A DNA stretch of 60,297 nucleotides from an uncultured Eubacteriales bacterium (GCA_948512295.1 CAOQRA010000003.1:1-60297); one strand, 5' to 3'; positions 35,116 to 44,385 are shown, counted from the stretch's first letter. The notes: generated from the letters alone by a model not told the origin. Translations and numbers: made by a program.

Positions 35116-38100
35116 CTAAATCTTAGAAATATATATTTTTATTTCTTTTCCATCAAGATTGAGTGAGGTGTTAAAGTCGCCAATTTCTCCTGCTTTAAAC
35201 TCATCGGCGAGGATATCTCCAACAAACTGAGATTTGTTTGTCAAAAGTAGCTGTTGCAAGCTGTTGTCACCACTCACCTCAACGTGGATATGATTTACCA
35301 CTTCAAGTCCACTATCTTTGCGCAAATTTTGAACTTTGCTGACAAACTCATTGATATAACCTTTTTCAACAAGCTTAGGTGTAAGCGAAGTGTCAAGCAC
35401 GACAGTTGTTTCGCCATTAGTTTGAGAAGAGAACCCTTCTTTATTTTTAAGGCTTATGATTAAATCTTCTTCCTTTAGCGTAAGGTCCTGTCCATTAACA
35501 TTAAAGCAAACTTCGCCATGTTCTTTGACTTTTTTCACCAAACTAGTGCCATCACATGAGGCAAGAAAAGCACGAATATCATTTAGAAATCTGCCATACT
35601 TAGGTCCCAGTGTTTTGAGTTGCGGTTTAACTTCATAAAGTACATAACCATCCGCATCATTTAGAACTTCAAAATTTTCAACATTAAGTTCGTCTTGTAT
35701 AAGTGCGATGAGCTGACTGTCTAAATCCAGTTTCTTAGTTGACGCCACCATTACTTTACTAAGCGGTTGACGATTTTTAACGCCGCTTGCACTGCGGCAT
35801 GCACGCCCCAAATTGACAATCTCAAGGACCTTATTCATGCCGTCATTGAGTTTCGTATCTATATATTTTTCATCAGCCTCAGGATAGCGACAGAAATGCA
35901 CACTTTCAGGAACGCTAAAGTCGAGACTTCTGACAAGATTTTGATAAAGCTGCTCTGACATAAATGGCACAAAAGGAGCAATAAGTTTTGTAAGCCCAAC
36001 TAGCACCTCATACAATGTTTTATAAGCAGCAATTTTGTCCTCAGTCATCTCACTGCCCCAATATCTGTCACGTGAACGTCGAACATACCAGTTGGAAAGT
36101 TTGTCCACAAAATCGGTGATTGCACGAGAAGATGATAGCATATCAAAAGCTTCAAGTTTCTCATTAACAAATTTTACAAGGCTATTGTATTCACTTAGGA
36201 GCCATTTGTCAAGGTAAGAAAGCTTGCAATTCTCAAGAGAATATTTTAAAGGATTCATTTGGTCTATTTCCGCATAAAGTACATAGAACGCATAAACATT
36301 CCAAAGTGTGCCCATAAACTTACGTTGAAGTTCAACTAATGTGTCCTCATTAAAAGCAAGGCCTTGCGCCGGCAAGCAGTTTGAGAAGAAATACCATCTC
36401 ACGCCATCAGCGCCATATTTATTTAACACTTGCCATGGGTCTATTCCATTGCCAAGACTCTTTGACATTTTAAGCCCGTTGCGGTCAAGTACAAGTCCAA
36501 GCACATTGCATGCTTTGTATGGACTTTTGCCAAACAGTGCAGTGTTAACCGCTTGCAACGTATAAAACCAGCCACGAGTTTGATCTATCGCCTCACTAAT
36601 ATAATCAGCTTGAAATGTCTTTTCAAACAATTCTTTATTTTCAAAAGGATAATGAAGCTGAGCAAATGGCATCGCCCCACTATCAAACCAGCAGTCCATA
36701 ACCTCAGGAGTTCTTGTCATGGTCTTGCCACAATGAGGGCAAGGGAAAGTAATTTTATCGAGTGTAGGCTTATGCAAATCAAGGTGCCCTGTCACGCCAG
36801 AGAGTTTTTTAAGCTCTTCCACGCTGCCCACAACATGCATATGCCCATTTTCACAAAGCCAGAAAGGCAGTGGAGTTCCCCAGAAGCGATTGCGTGAAAT
36901 ACCCCAATCAATGTTATTCTCAAGGAAATTACCCATTCTGCCATTCTTAATAAAGTCTGGACGCCAATCTATTTTTTTGTTATTTGCCACCATCTTGTCT
37001 TTATACTCAGTAGTTTTAATAAACCAGTTACTTTTTGCATAATACAAAAGTGGGCTTTTGCAACGCCAGCAATGCGCACAAGAATGCTCAATTGGTTGCA
37101 CTTTAAACATTTTGCCACGTTCGGTCAGTGTTTTAATAATAAGTTTGTCAGCATCTTTAACAAACATTCCAGCAAACTCAGTATCGCTTGTCAGCTTGCC
37201 CGCCTCATCAACAAGTTGAATAAAATCTAGCCCGTATTTCTTGCCAACATTGTAATCCTCTTCACCAAAGGATGGTGCTATATGTACTATACCACTGCCG
37301 TCCTCGGTGGTGACATAGTCATCAACTACAACAAAGTATCCCTTCTTTACATCCTTGACTACATAATCAAAGATTGGTTCATAACGCTGAAACTCAAAAG
37401 CTTTCCCTTTTTTTGTGTAAAGCTTTGTATAACTGCCCTCTTCAAAAAGAGTGTCAATTAGACTGTCAAGCAAAATATAGTTTTTACCATTTGTGGAAAT
37501 TTTAGAATATAGCTCATGCGGATTCATACATAGTGCGATATTGCTTGGCAGTGTCCACGGAGTAGTCGTCCAAACAAGAAAATAAGTATTTTCTTCTTCC
37601 AAACTTTTAAACTCAACAAAAATAGAGTTTTCCTTAAGCACTTTGTAGTTATCACCATTTTCAAGCTCTGCTTTAGACAAACTTGTACCACAACGCGGAC
37701 AATATTGCACCACCTTGTGGCCTTGGTAGATAAGTCCTTTTTTGTCCATCTCTTTTAATGCCCAAAATATACTTTCAATATAGTTATTGTCATATGTGAT
37801 GTAAGGATTTTCCATATCCACCCAGTAGGCAGTTTTGTCAGTCAAATCCTCCCACATGCTTTTATATTCCCAAACAGAAGCTTTGCACTTTTCAATAAAC
37901 TTATCAATGCCGTACTCTTCAATATCTTTCTTACCCTTAAAGCCAAGACGTTTTTCCACCTCCACTTCAACAGGCAAACCATGAGTATCCCACCCGGCCT
38001 TGCGATATACAAAAAATCCTTTCATCGCCTTAAAGCGAGGAAGCACATCCTTCATAGCACGAGTAAGTACATGACCAATGTGAGGTTTCCCATTTGCAGT

Positions 38101-38247
38101 TGGAGGTCCGTCATGAAGCACAAAAAACTTATCGCTACCTTTGTTAAGTTCCAACCCTTTTTTGATAATGTTAGCACTTTTCCAAAACTCCAAAACCTCG
38201 TTTTCATTTTTTACAAAGTCAAGTTTAGTGTCTACCTTTTTATACAT
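35116..38247 (-). CDS. ileS: isoleucine--tRNA ligase (long, type 2-like form)
   Basis: 1043 aa. HIGH motif (PHIGHVL), KMSKS, editing domain and Zn-binding Cys pairs. Confidence 0.97.
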   Translation of the reverse strand: MYKKVDTKLDFVKNENEVLEFWKSANIIKKGLELNKGSDKFFVLHDGPPTANGKPHIGHVLTRAMKDVLPRFKAMKGFFVYRKAGWDTHGLPVEVEVEKRLGFKGKKDIEEYGIDKFIEKCKASVWEYKSMWEDLTDKTAYWVDMENPYITYDNNYIESIFWALKEMDKKGLIYQGHKVVQYCPRCGTSLSKAELENGDNYKVLKENSIFVEFKSLEEENTYFLVWTTTPWTLPSNIALCMNPHELYSKISTNGKNYILLDSLIDTLFEEGSYTKLYTKKGKAFEFQRYEPIFDYVVKDVKKGYFVVVDDYVTTEDGSGIVHIAPSFGEEDYNVGKKYGLDFIQLVDEAGKLTSDTEFAGMFVKDADKLIIKTLTERGKMFKVQPIEHSCAHCWRCKSPLLYYAKSNWFIKTTEYKDKMVANNKKIDWRPDFIKNGRMGNFLENNIDWGISRNRFWGTPLPFWLCENGHMHVVGSVEELKKLSGVTGHLDLHKPTLDKITFPCPHCGKTMTRTPEVMDCWFDSGAMPFAQLHYPFENKELFEKTFQADYISEAIDQTRGWFYTLQAVNTALFGKSPYKACNVLGLVLDRNGLKMSKSLGNGIDPWQVLNKYGADGVRWYFFSNCLPAQGLAFNEDTLVELQRKFMGTLWNVYAFYVLYAEIDQMNPLKYSLENCKLSYLDKWLLSEYNSLVKFVNEKLEAFDMLSSSRAITDFVDKLSNWYVRRSRDRYWGSEMTEDKIAAYKTLYEVLVGLTKLIAPFVPFMSEQLYQNLVRSLDFSVPESVHFCRYPEADEKYIDTKLNDGMNKVLEIVNLGRACRSASGVKNRQPLSKVMVASTKKLDLDSQLIALIQDELNVENFEVLNDADGYVLYEVKPQLKTLGPKYGRFLNDIRAFLASCDGTSLVKKVKEHGEVCFNVNGQDLTLKEEDLIISLKNKEGFSSQTNGETTVVLDTSLTPKLVEKGYINEFVSKVQNLRKDSGLEVVNHIHVEVSGDNSLQQLLLTNKSQFVGDILADEFKAGEIGDFNTSLNLDGKEIKIYISKI

Positions 38248-38264
38248 ATCTTTCCCCTTTTAAA

Positions 38265-38500
38265 CAAAAAAGCACGGCAGACTACAAGAACCCCGTGCTT
38301 TGAGATTATTTCAACCACTTGTATATCTTTTCAGCAAGCAAACACTTGCCTCTTCTGTAACGGGAAGTCCCGGCACACCTTACTAAAGTTTCAGGTTGCA
38401 ACTCCGAAAGTGATAATTTGAAAACTTTACCAGTGCTTTCCACCCAAGCAGCACCTCTCTATAGGTTCCATAATCAAATCTTGTCTTTCATCAACGCTTT
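38265..38500 (-). promoter_or_regulatory. T-box leader (Ile specifier) with terminator
   Basis: Minus strand: stem I base GCGTTGATGAAAG...CTTTCGGAGTTGC with a GA/K-turn-like bulge, AGAGAGGTGC...GGGTGGAAAGC distal elements, specifier ATC followed by A (ATC at 38412-38414), F-box-like CCGTTA, GTGGT T-box core, and terminator AAGCACGG...CCGTGCTTTTTT (38265-38301). Confidence 0.75.
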
Positions 38501-38513
38501 TTAAGTTTAAATG

Positions 38514-38543
38514 ATTTTAACATGTTTAAATTGCAATTGTCAA
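38514..38543 (-). promoter_or_regulatory. candidate promoter of the ileS leader (TTGACA-N18-TAAAAT)
   Basis: Minus strand TTGACA overlaps the stop of the CBS gene. TAAAAT lies 18 nt downstream and ~15 nt before the start of the T-box. Confidence 0.45.
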
Positions 38544-39262
38544 GAAAAATTATCAAGTATTTTGTTCATTTCCATGACATCAGAGCCCGTGATAATGCCC
38601 ATGGGCATCTCAGTGCTTTTGCCATTTTTAGTGATAAGAATTGCAAGCAATTTTGAATTTGAGTGAAATTGTGTTAGTGCATCTTCCACCGTCACGTCCT
38701 TGCTTGCAACAGCATAGTAGTTGCTGTTTTCAATTCGAGAAAGCATATCCTCAATTTTAACATTGTTTAAAAATACTTCCGACTTGCCCCCTGCAAGCAA
38801 AAATTTACCAAAAGAGTCCAATATTTTCTGTCCGTTTGCAACCCCAATAAGTTCATCTTGATTGTAAACTGGAATATTGGAATACTCACTACTTGACATT
38901 AAAGTGATGACTTCATACATCGTTTTATTAGCTTCCACTGTTAAAACATCACGTCGTACAAAATCTAATGCACGAGGTGGCAAAGATAATAGTTTATCAA
39001 GCTTTTCAATGTTCTTTACCACTTCATCATGAGGCTCAGCAATAACATAGTCTTCATTATTGTGAACAATAGCATTACGTAGTCTGCCATAGTCAATCAA
39101 AGTATCTTCATGTTTACGAACAATATAATTTAGACTTACACACCTACGAATTAAATCAGAAAATCCCATGCTTTTTGAAAAATCATAGCGTTTTTTAAGT
39201 GTGTAATCTATATTGTTGTACGCATTTAAAAACCTTTGAGCATTTGTTTTTACTTCTTCCAT
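38540..39262 (-). CDS. CBS-domain protein
   Basis: C-terminal CBS pair (..VLTVEANKTMYEVITLM...IPVYNQDELIGV.., ..AILITKNGKSTEMPMGIITGSDV). Start moved to ATG 39262, behind AAAGGAAAGGAA. Confidence 0.7.
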   Translation of the reverse strand: MEEVKTNAQRFLNAYNNIDYTLKKRYDFSKSMGFSDLIRRCVSLNYIVRKHEDTLIDYGRLRNAIVHNNEDYVIAEPHDEVVKNIEKLDKLLSLPPRALDFVRRDVLTVEANKTMYEVITLMSSSEYSNIPVYNQDELIGVANGQKILDSFGKFLLAGGKSEVFLNNVKIEDMLSRIENSNYYAVASKDVTVEDALTQFHSNSKLLAILITKNGKSTEMPMGIITGSDVMEMNKILDNFS

Positions 39263-39331
39263 TTCCTTTCCTTTTAAACATTTTACTATAAAATCATGAA
39301 AAAACAAAGTAAATTGGCTATAAATCAAAAA

Positions 39332-39361
39332 TAAAAAGCAAAGAGCAAATTAACTCTTCGC
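39332..39361 (-). terminator. intrinsic terminator after the SRP RNA
   Basis: Minus strand reads GCGAAGAG-TTAATTTG-CTCTTTGC followed by TTTTT. Confidence 0.65.
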
Positions 39362-39373
39362 TTGAATTTTCTT

Positions 39374-39640
39374 ACTGGGCAATCTGCTTTGACAAACAAA
39401 AACCAACTGCCATAATGACTTTTTGCTCCACCAAAGTTTCCTCATGGCACATCAGATTACTTCCTTAAGGATGCTGCCGTCAAGCTCTGACCTGGTTCGG
39501 AAGGTCTAATTGCATAAGACCTTAATTTCATCACAAAAACTCATTACACATATTTGACAATCGAAAGCCGAGGCAGATATTCGTCCCTACTAAAGCGGGT
39601 TGTAGGTACAGAGCACCGCTAACTCTCCAACTAGCCCAGT
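39374..39640 (-). ncRNA. ffs: signal recognition particle RNA, long Bacillus-type (scRNA with Alu domain)
   Basis: Minus strand GGAGAGTTAGCGGTGCTCTGTACCTACAACCCGCTTTAGTAGGGACGAAT parallels the B. subtilis scRNA Alu region (GGAGGTAGCGGTGCCCTGTACCTGCAATCCGCTCTAGCAGGGCCGAAT). The domain IV region CCAGGTCAG...GGCAGCATCCTTAAGGAAGTAATCTGATGTGCC parallels CAGGTCCGGAAGGAAGCAGCATTAAGTGAAACCTCTCATGTGCC. 5' ACTGGGC pairs with 3' GCCCAGT. Length ~267 nt. Confidence 0.85.
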
Positions 39641-39646
39641 GACGTT

Positions 39647-39675
39647 ATTATAGCATAAACCCTTAAAAAGAGCAA
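39647..39675 (-). promoter_or_regulatory. promoter of the SRP RNA (TTGCTC-N17-TATAAT)
   Basis: The -10 TATAAT ends 6-7 nt before the predicted 5' end of the RNA. Confidence 0.65.
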
Positions 39676-39689
39676 GGAAATTATGCAAA

Positions 39690-39881
39690 TTAAGCTTTTT
39701 TTATTGCTTTTTGTGCTTTATCAGTAGCTTTTTTAGTTTTTTCCATAGCCTTGTCGATTTCTTGTACAACAGTTTTTTCAGCTTTATCAACAGTCTTTTG
39801 AGTAGATTGGCTATATTTATAAAGAAGTACACCTGTCACAAGTCCCATACCAAATCCTAAAAGCATGTAAATGTCTTTCAT
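39690..39881 (-). CDS. YtxH-like small membrane-anchored protein (63 aa)
   Basis: Start moved to ATG 39881 behind AAGGAGGGGATT. One TM (MLLGFGMGLVTGVLLY) plus a Lys/Ala/Glu-rich helix. Confidence 0.5.
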   Translation of the reverse strand: MKDIYMLLGFGMGLVTGVLLYKYSQSTQKTVDKAEKTVVQEIDKAMEKTKKATDKAQKAIKKA

Positions 39882-39941
39882 AATCCCCTCCTTAGGCTTA
39901 GTATGTGAAAAAGAAGTGATAATATACATTATGAAAATTAA

Positions 39942-39959
39942 TTCTTACTTTAGTAAGAA
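39942..39959. promoter_or_regulatory. perfect 8-bp-arm palindrome upstream of the XRE gene (candidate operator)
   Basis: TTCTTACT-TT-AGTAAGAA, 55 nt upstream of the ATG at 40015. Confidence 0.3.
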
Positions 39960-40014
39960 ATAAAAAATATTTATTCATAATGTTTTATTCTTTAACAAAA
40001 ACAAAGGAGGAAAT

Positions 40015-40251
40015 ATGAAAATTAATTTAAAAATAAAACAATTAAGAAAAGAATTGAAAATTACACAAACTCAACTTGCAAAGGAGCTTGGCGTGACTCA
40101 AGTGCAAATTTGCCGCTGGGAAAATCAAACATTTGAACCAAGTTATGAACAACTTATGCAACTCGCAATCTTTTTTAACGTGTCGGCTGATTACTTACTT
40201 GGGCTAGTTGATGAAAGAAACAACTTAAATTTTTCAAAAGGTAATAAATAG
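40015..40251 (+). CDS. XRE-family helix-turn-helix transcriptional regulator (78 aa)
   Basis: ITQTQLAKELGVTQVQICRWENQ HTH with the C-terminal FFNVSADYLLGLVD seen in the other XRE ORFs. RBS AAAGGAGGAAAT. Confidence 0.75.
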   Translation: MKINLKIKQLRKELKITQTQLAKELGVTQVQICRWENQTFEPSYEQLMQLAIFFNVSADYLLGLVDERNNLNFSKGNK

Positions 40252-40382
40252 TTTAACTTTGTAGTCTCTCTTGCAATAATAATTGTAAAAATTTTGTCAC
40301 CTTGGCTGTATTTTTCAAATGCTCAATGGAATATTTAGTTGGATTAGAGGATTAAGACATTTTTAAAGAGTCCCCCTCTTAT

Positions 40383-40518
40383 TGTCATTCTGAGTGCTCG
40401 GGGCTCATCAATGCATTAAGCATTGATGGTGTGTGCAAGCGAAGAATCTTTTTAAAAATCTGTACCAAACAAATCAAAAAAGATTTTTCGACTCCATTTC
40501 ATTTCGCTCAGAATGACA
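40383..40518. repeat. 136-bp palindromic element built from two inverted copies of the GTCATTCTGAG...GAAGAATCTT repeat
   Basis: Perfect 12-bp terminal inverted repeat TGTCATTCTGAG / CTCAGAATGACA. The left arm carries an inserted perfect hairpin CATCAATGC-ATTAA-GCATTGATG. Both arms end in (C)GAA(G/A)AATCTTTTT facing each other. Confidence 0.7.
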
Positions 40519-40711
40519 TTTATATTATGTCTATTAAAAATATAATCAAGTTATACACTCCATATGTAAAACAAATTGAGTCGATTTTTATCAAAAAGTT
40601 TCACATAACAAGAAACTATACTTTACGAAAACAATAAATTTAATTGGGCTTATAGATTAAAAGTTCATTTTTCATTTGACTAAATTTGTCAAAAAAGGTA
40701 TTATTATTGTT

Positions 40712-41296
40712 ATGAGATACTTTACCGCTGATTTACATTTTTGTGATGACTACACGATCATTTATAGTCGCCGCCCTTTTAAAAATGCAAAACAATATGA
40801 CAAATTTATGATTAAAAGGTTAAACAAAACTGCAAAAAAAGATGACATCATTTATGTTTGCGGCGATTTTTTCGATTGTGATGGAAAAGAATATGACCTT
40901 TACTTAAAAGCTGCAAGTTATGTCAAAAAAATTAAAGCAAAGCTGTTTTTAATTATTGGAAACAATGAAGAGCGCATAATTAAATACTTTTTTGACAATA
41001 ATTATGAGAAATTTAGAAGTTATTGTCTTGAACTTGGCTTTATAGATGTACAAAAATCAATAATACTCAACTTTGGCGCTCGCACTTTCTATTTAGTACA
41101 TGAGCCATTGGCTACAAATTCGAAATATATAAATCTGTTTGGACATATCCATAGTGGCGGAAGTTACAGAAGCTACGGAATAAATGTTTGCGTAGATGCA
41201 AATTACTTCCGACTTTGGTCAGAAAGCGACATCTTAGACTACCTTGACTGGAAAACAAAGTGGATGGACCATGACGCAAACATCAATATAATTTAA
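40712..41296 (+). CDS. metallophosphoesterase family protein
   Basis: MRYFTADLHF(C)DD, VCGDFFD, GNNEE and GHIHSG motifs (calcineurin-like phosphoesterase). Start moved to ATG 40712. Confidence 0.7.
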   Translation: MRYFTADLHFCDDYTIIYSRRPFKNAKQYDKFMIKRLNKTAKKDDIIYVCGDFFDCDGKEYDLYLKAASYVKKIKAKLFLIIGNNEERIIKYFFDNNYEKFRSYCLELGFIDVQKSIILNFGARTFYLVHEPLATNSKYINLFGHIHSGGSYRSYGINVCVDANYFRLWSESDILDYLDWKTKWMDHDANINII

Positions 41297-41321
41297 AAAA
41301 GACCTTTAAAAGGTCTTTTTT
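41294..41321. terminator. bidirectional intrinsic terminator
   Basis: AAAAAAGACCTTT-AA-AAGGTCTTTTTT between convergent genes. Confidence 0.75.
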
Positions 41322-41724
41322 ATTTATCTTGTTTAGCGGCTTTTTTGCTTTCTTTTTCTTTCTTTTTGTAATAATCTTCAACTGCGGCATGGATTGCCTC
41401 TTCCGCGAGGACTGAGCAATGAATTTTATGTGCTGGCATTTCTCCTAAAATGTCATACACTTGTTTGTTGGTCACCTTTAAAGCTTCTTCCACAGTTTTT
41501 CCTTTTACTAAGTCACATGCAACATCAGTTGACGCGATTGCTGCGCAACAACCAAAAGTCTTAAAGCGTGCATCTTTAACAATCTCATTTTCATCAATGC
41601 GCAAATATACTTTCATAATGTCGCCACAAGATGCATTGCCCACTTTGCCTACGCCGTTTGCGCCTTTAAGTCCGCCAGCATTTCTAGGATTTTTAAATCT
41701 TTCAATAATTTCCTTAGAATACAT
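41320..41724 (-). CDS. iscU: Fe-S cluster scaffold protein IscU/NifU-like
   Basis: NASCGD...FKTFGC.AAIAS...C motifs (three conserved Cys). Follows the cysteine desulfurase gene. Confidence 0.9.
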   Translation of the reverse strand: MYSKEIIERFKNPRNAGGLKGANGVGKVGNASCGDIMKVYLRIDENEIVKDARFKTFGCCAAIASTDVACDLVKGKTVEEALKVTNKQVYDILGEMPAHKIHCSVLAEEAIHAAVEDYYKKKEKESKKAAKQDK

Positions 41725-41726
41725 GA

Positions 41727-42896
41727 TTATTTCCTCCCCGCTTTAGTTATTGGTGAAATTGATCGTAATTGCTCAACTGACTTTTGTAACACTTCAACAA
41801 CATAATCAATATCACTTCTCGTTATGTTTTTGCCAAATGAAAATCTTATTGCACCTTGAGCTATTTCATCTGGAACGTTCATAGCACGAAGCACATGACT
41901 AGGCTCAAGCGCGTTTGAAGTGCAAGCTGATGCAGTTGAAACAGCCACGCCAGACAAATCAAGTAACATTAAAATACTTTCCCCTTCAATCATCTCAAAA
42001 GAGATATTGACAATTCCGTTGATTTTCTGATGCGGATGACCATTGATTTGAATATATGGAATTTTCTCTGTAACTTGATCTAAGAAATAAGTGCGAATAG
42101 CCTTAAGCTTTTGCTGATTCATTCCAAGGTCGCGCACTGCAATTTCTACAGCCTTGCCAAACCCTGCAACTGCTGGCACGTTGACTGTACCGCCACGCTT
42201 GGCGCGCTCTTGTGCACCGCCAGCGATTAACGGCTCAATTCTTATTCCGTTTTTAAGATATAGGCAGCCCACACCCTTAGGCCCATAAATCTTGTGAGAA
42301 CTCATGCTCATTGCATCAATTTCCATGTCTTTAACATTGATATGCACTGCACCAATTGCTTGAACTGCATCAGTATGGAAAATTACTCCATATTCGTGAG
42401 CCGTTTTTGCAATAGCTTTTAAATTTTGAATAGTTCCAACTTCATTGTTGACAGCCATGATTGAAACCAGTGTTGTAGTTTTTTTAATTGCATGAATAAG
42501 GTCGGCAAGGTTAACAAGTCCATATTTGTCAACAGGCAAGTATGTTACCTCATAGCCTTCCTTTTCAAGTTGTTTGCAAGAGTCAAGCACTGCATGATGC
42601 TCAATCGCACTTGTGATGATATGCTTGCCTTTATTTGCATAGGCATGAGCAATTCCTTTAATCGCCCAGTTGTCAGCCTCTGTTCCGCCAGATGTGAAAT
42701 AGATTTCATTTGATTTTGCGTTGATTGCATTTGCAATGCGGTCGCGTGCACGGTCAACGATGTTTGATGCCTCGCGTCCAAACTCATGAAGGCTGTTTGC
42801 ATTGCCATAAATAGTGTTAAAGCATGGCAGCATTTCCGCAAGAGCTTCGCTAGAAACATAAGTTGTTGCGGCATTATCAAGATAAACTTTTCTCAT
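41727..42896 (-). CDS. nifS: cysteine desulfurase (NifS/IscS type)
   Basis: 389 aa. PLP-Lys motif SMSSHKIYGPKG and active-site loop STASACTS. Confidence 0.92.
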   Translation of the reverse strand: MRKVYLDNAATTYVSSEALAEMLPCFNTIYGNANSLHEFGREASNIVDRARDRIANAINAKSNEIYFTSGGTEADNWAIKGIAHAYANKGKHIITSAIEHHAVLDSCKQLEKEGYEVTYLPVDKYGLVNLADLIHAIKKTTTLVSIMAVNNEVGTIQNLKAIAKTAHEYGVIFHTDAVQAIGAVHINVKDMEIDAMSMSSHKIYGPKGVGCLYLKNGIRIEPLIAGGAQERAKRGGTVNVPAVAGFGKAVEIAVRDLGMNQQKLKAIRTYFLDQVTEKIPYIQINGHPHQKINGIVNISFEMIEGESILMLLDLSGVAVSTASACTSNALEPSHVLRAMNVPDEIAQGAIRFSFGKNITRSDIDYVVEVLQKSVEQLRSISPITKAGRK

Positions 42897-43071
42897 ATTT
42901 TCTCCTTATGCTATAATTTTATCACTAAAACCTTTTTATGTCAATACTTCTATAAATAAAAGAATTAATAATTTTTCACGTTGTTTTATGAAATATGGCG
43001 TTATTATTGTTGTTTTAGTGCTAAATTTTAAATAAAAGGGCGCATAATGCGCTCAATTTTTGGCAAAGATA

Positions 43072-43100
43072 TTGATTTTTAGACATTTCCATGATAAAAT
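43072..43100 (+). promoter_or_regulatory. candidate promoter (TTGATT-N17-TAAAAT)
   Basis: 22 nt upstream of the ATG at 43123. RBS TTAGGAGGAAC. Confidence 0.5.
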
Positions 43101-43122
43101 ATCCTCAAATTAGGAGGAACAA

Positions 43123-43482
43123 ATGGATAAATTTAGACGTATTAAAACCTTGGAGCAGGCTGAGAATATATGCAAATTTGCGTTTGGTAAAAAGGTTAAT
43201 TTACTCACACAATCGGTGGAAGACATGAAAGCAGATGGCATACGAGTACGGGTTCATAAAAATAACGGCTATTATTGCTTTACCATCTTAAACGAATTCG
43301 AAACTGACCGAGATAAAGAAACAACTGAAGATTGGAGATTTGCCATGGGAGTTATTTATGGCAATAGATATTTTGAAGACTTAAAATCATTTATGAACGA
43401 CGAGTATATTGCTAAGCCATTCAATAAAGTAGTAAGCAGAGTAGCCTTTTATCGTGCAAAACGCTCTGACGAAGCAGAATAA
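43123..43482 (+). CDS. hypothetical protein (119 aa)
   Basis: Good RBS and its own promoter and terminator. No motif recognised. Confidence 0.55.
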   Translation: MDKFRRIKTLEQAENICKFAFGKKVNLLTQSVEDMKADGIRVRVHKNNGYYCFTILNEFETDRDKETTEDWRFAMGVIYGNRYFEDLKSFMNDEYIAKPFNKVVSRVAFYRAKRSDEAE

Positions 43483-43507
43483 AAAACGCGACAATGTCGC
43501 TTTTTTA
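43481..43507. terminator. short bidirectional terminator
   Basis: AAAAAACGCGAC-AAT-GTCGCTTTTTT between convergent genes. Confidence 0.55.
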
Positions 43508-43512
43508 TTTTA

Positions 43513-44385
43513 TTAAGTTGATTCTAGTTGCATCTCAGAGGTTAAATCCACCTCAGTTTTTATGCAATGCTTGTAATTTTGGCTAGCCTGGCAAATACGG
43601 TTATACTCGCTTAAACTTACCACCATTTTGCCTCGTTTTTGAATAACCATTTCTGGACTACGATAACCATTAATGTCAAACTCAAAGCCGTCAAAACCAA
43701 GAAACGTAGACATAAAAGTTTCGTCACAGATGATTAAGTCTGCAAAATCTTGCTTACCACAACGTTTGGCATACTCCTGATCTATGCCTTTAATATTTGG
43801 CACATCACTTTGTTTATCATTTATAAAATCTCTGAACATTTGACATTTTTTAATTATATTTTCATCTTGAATAGTTTCATAATGTCCAAGTCTTAAAGCC
43901 CTATAATAATCTAAATTTACACCTTTATCATTTATGCGATCTAGAATTTTACCAACATATTTAAATTTTATTACATGGTCCGTGCCTTTATTAAGAGTAA
44001 AGCCCTCTGCCCACTCACTTTTTGTAGTGCAAAAGATACCAATCCCATTGTGCCAATAGCCTTGATAGTAATCTTCATTACTTAATAACTCGGCATGATA
44101 ATCCATGTTCTCAATTCCACGAAAAAACTCTCGCGCCTGCAATTTTTTATAATCTTGATCCTTAACAACTTGCGGCAACTCTGTGTAACCATATAGTTTA
44201 AACATGCTATTTGCTAAAGCATTGTTTGCATAATTTACAGCGTGACGAGACGTATCAAATTTCATTGATATAAACTTATGATTAATTAATAAAAATTGCT
44301 CATATAAAATCTGTAATTTTTCGCGTTCCGTAAAGTTATTGAAATCGTTTATTTTATCACTCATAGTTAAATAATAATAAATCAA
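43513..44385 (-). CDS. hypothetical protein (290 aa; start possibly 44364)
   Basis: Intact ORF after trxA on the same strand. Weak R / (S/C)TT / QxE spacing is discussed in the findings. Confidence 0.55.
   Translation of the reverse strand: MIYYYLTMSDKINDFNNFTEREKLQILYEQFLLINHKFISMKFDTSRHAVNYANNALANSMFKLYGYTELPQVVKDQDYKKLQAREFFRGIENMDYHAELLSNEDYYQGYWHNGIGIFCTTKSEWAEGFTLNKGTDHVIKFKYVGKILDRINDKGVNLDYYRALRLGHYETIQDENIIKKCQMFRDFINDKQSDVPNIKGIDQEYAKRCGKQDFADLIICDETFMSTFLGFDGFEFDINGYRSPEMVIQKRGKMVVSLSEYNRICQASQNYKHCIKTEVDLTSEMQLEST

Noticed and set aside
40431-40637. 68-aa ORF in the XRE-phosphoesterase gap.
   Set aside because: It starts inside the palindromic repeat element, has no RBS, and its sequence is dictated by the repeat arm.
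43033-43057. AAAAGG(G)CGCATAAT shared with 12568..12585, and a small GGGCGC-ATAAT-GCGCTC hairpin with a T-run upstream of nifS, considered as an sRNA terminator.
   Set aside because: The shared string is short. No convincing promoter lies upstream on the plus strand, and the hairpin is only 6 bp with a wobble pair. The evidence is insufficient.
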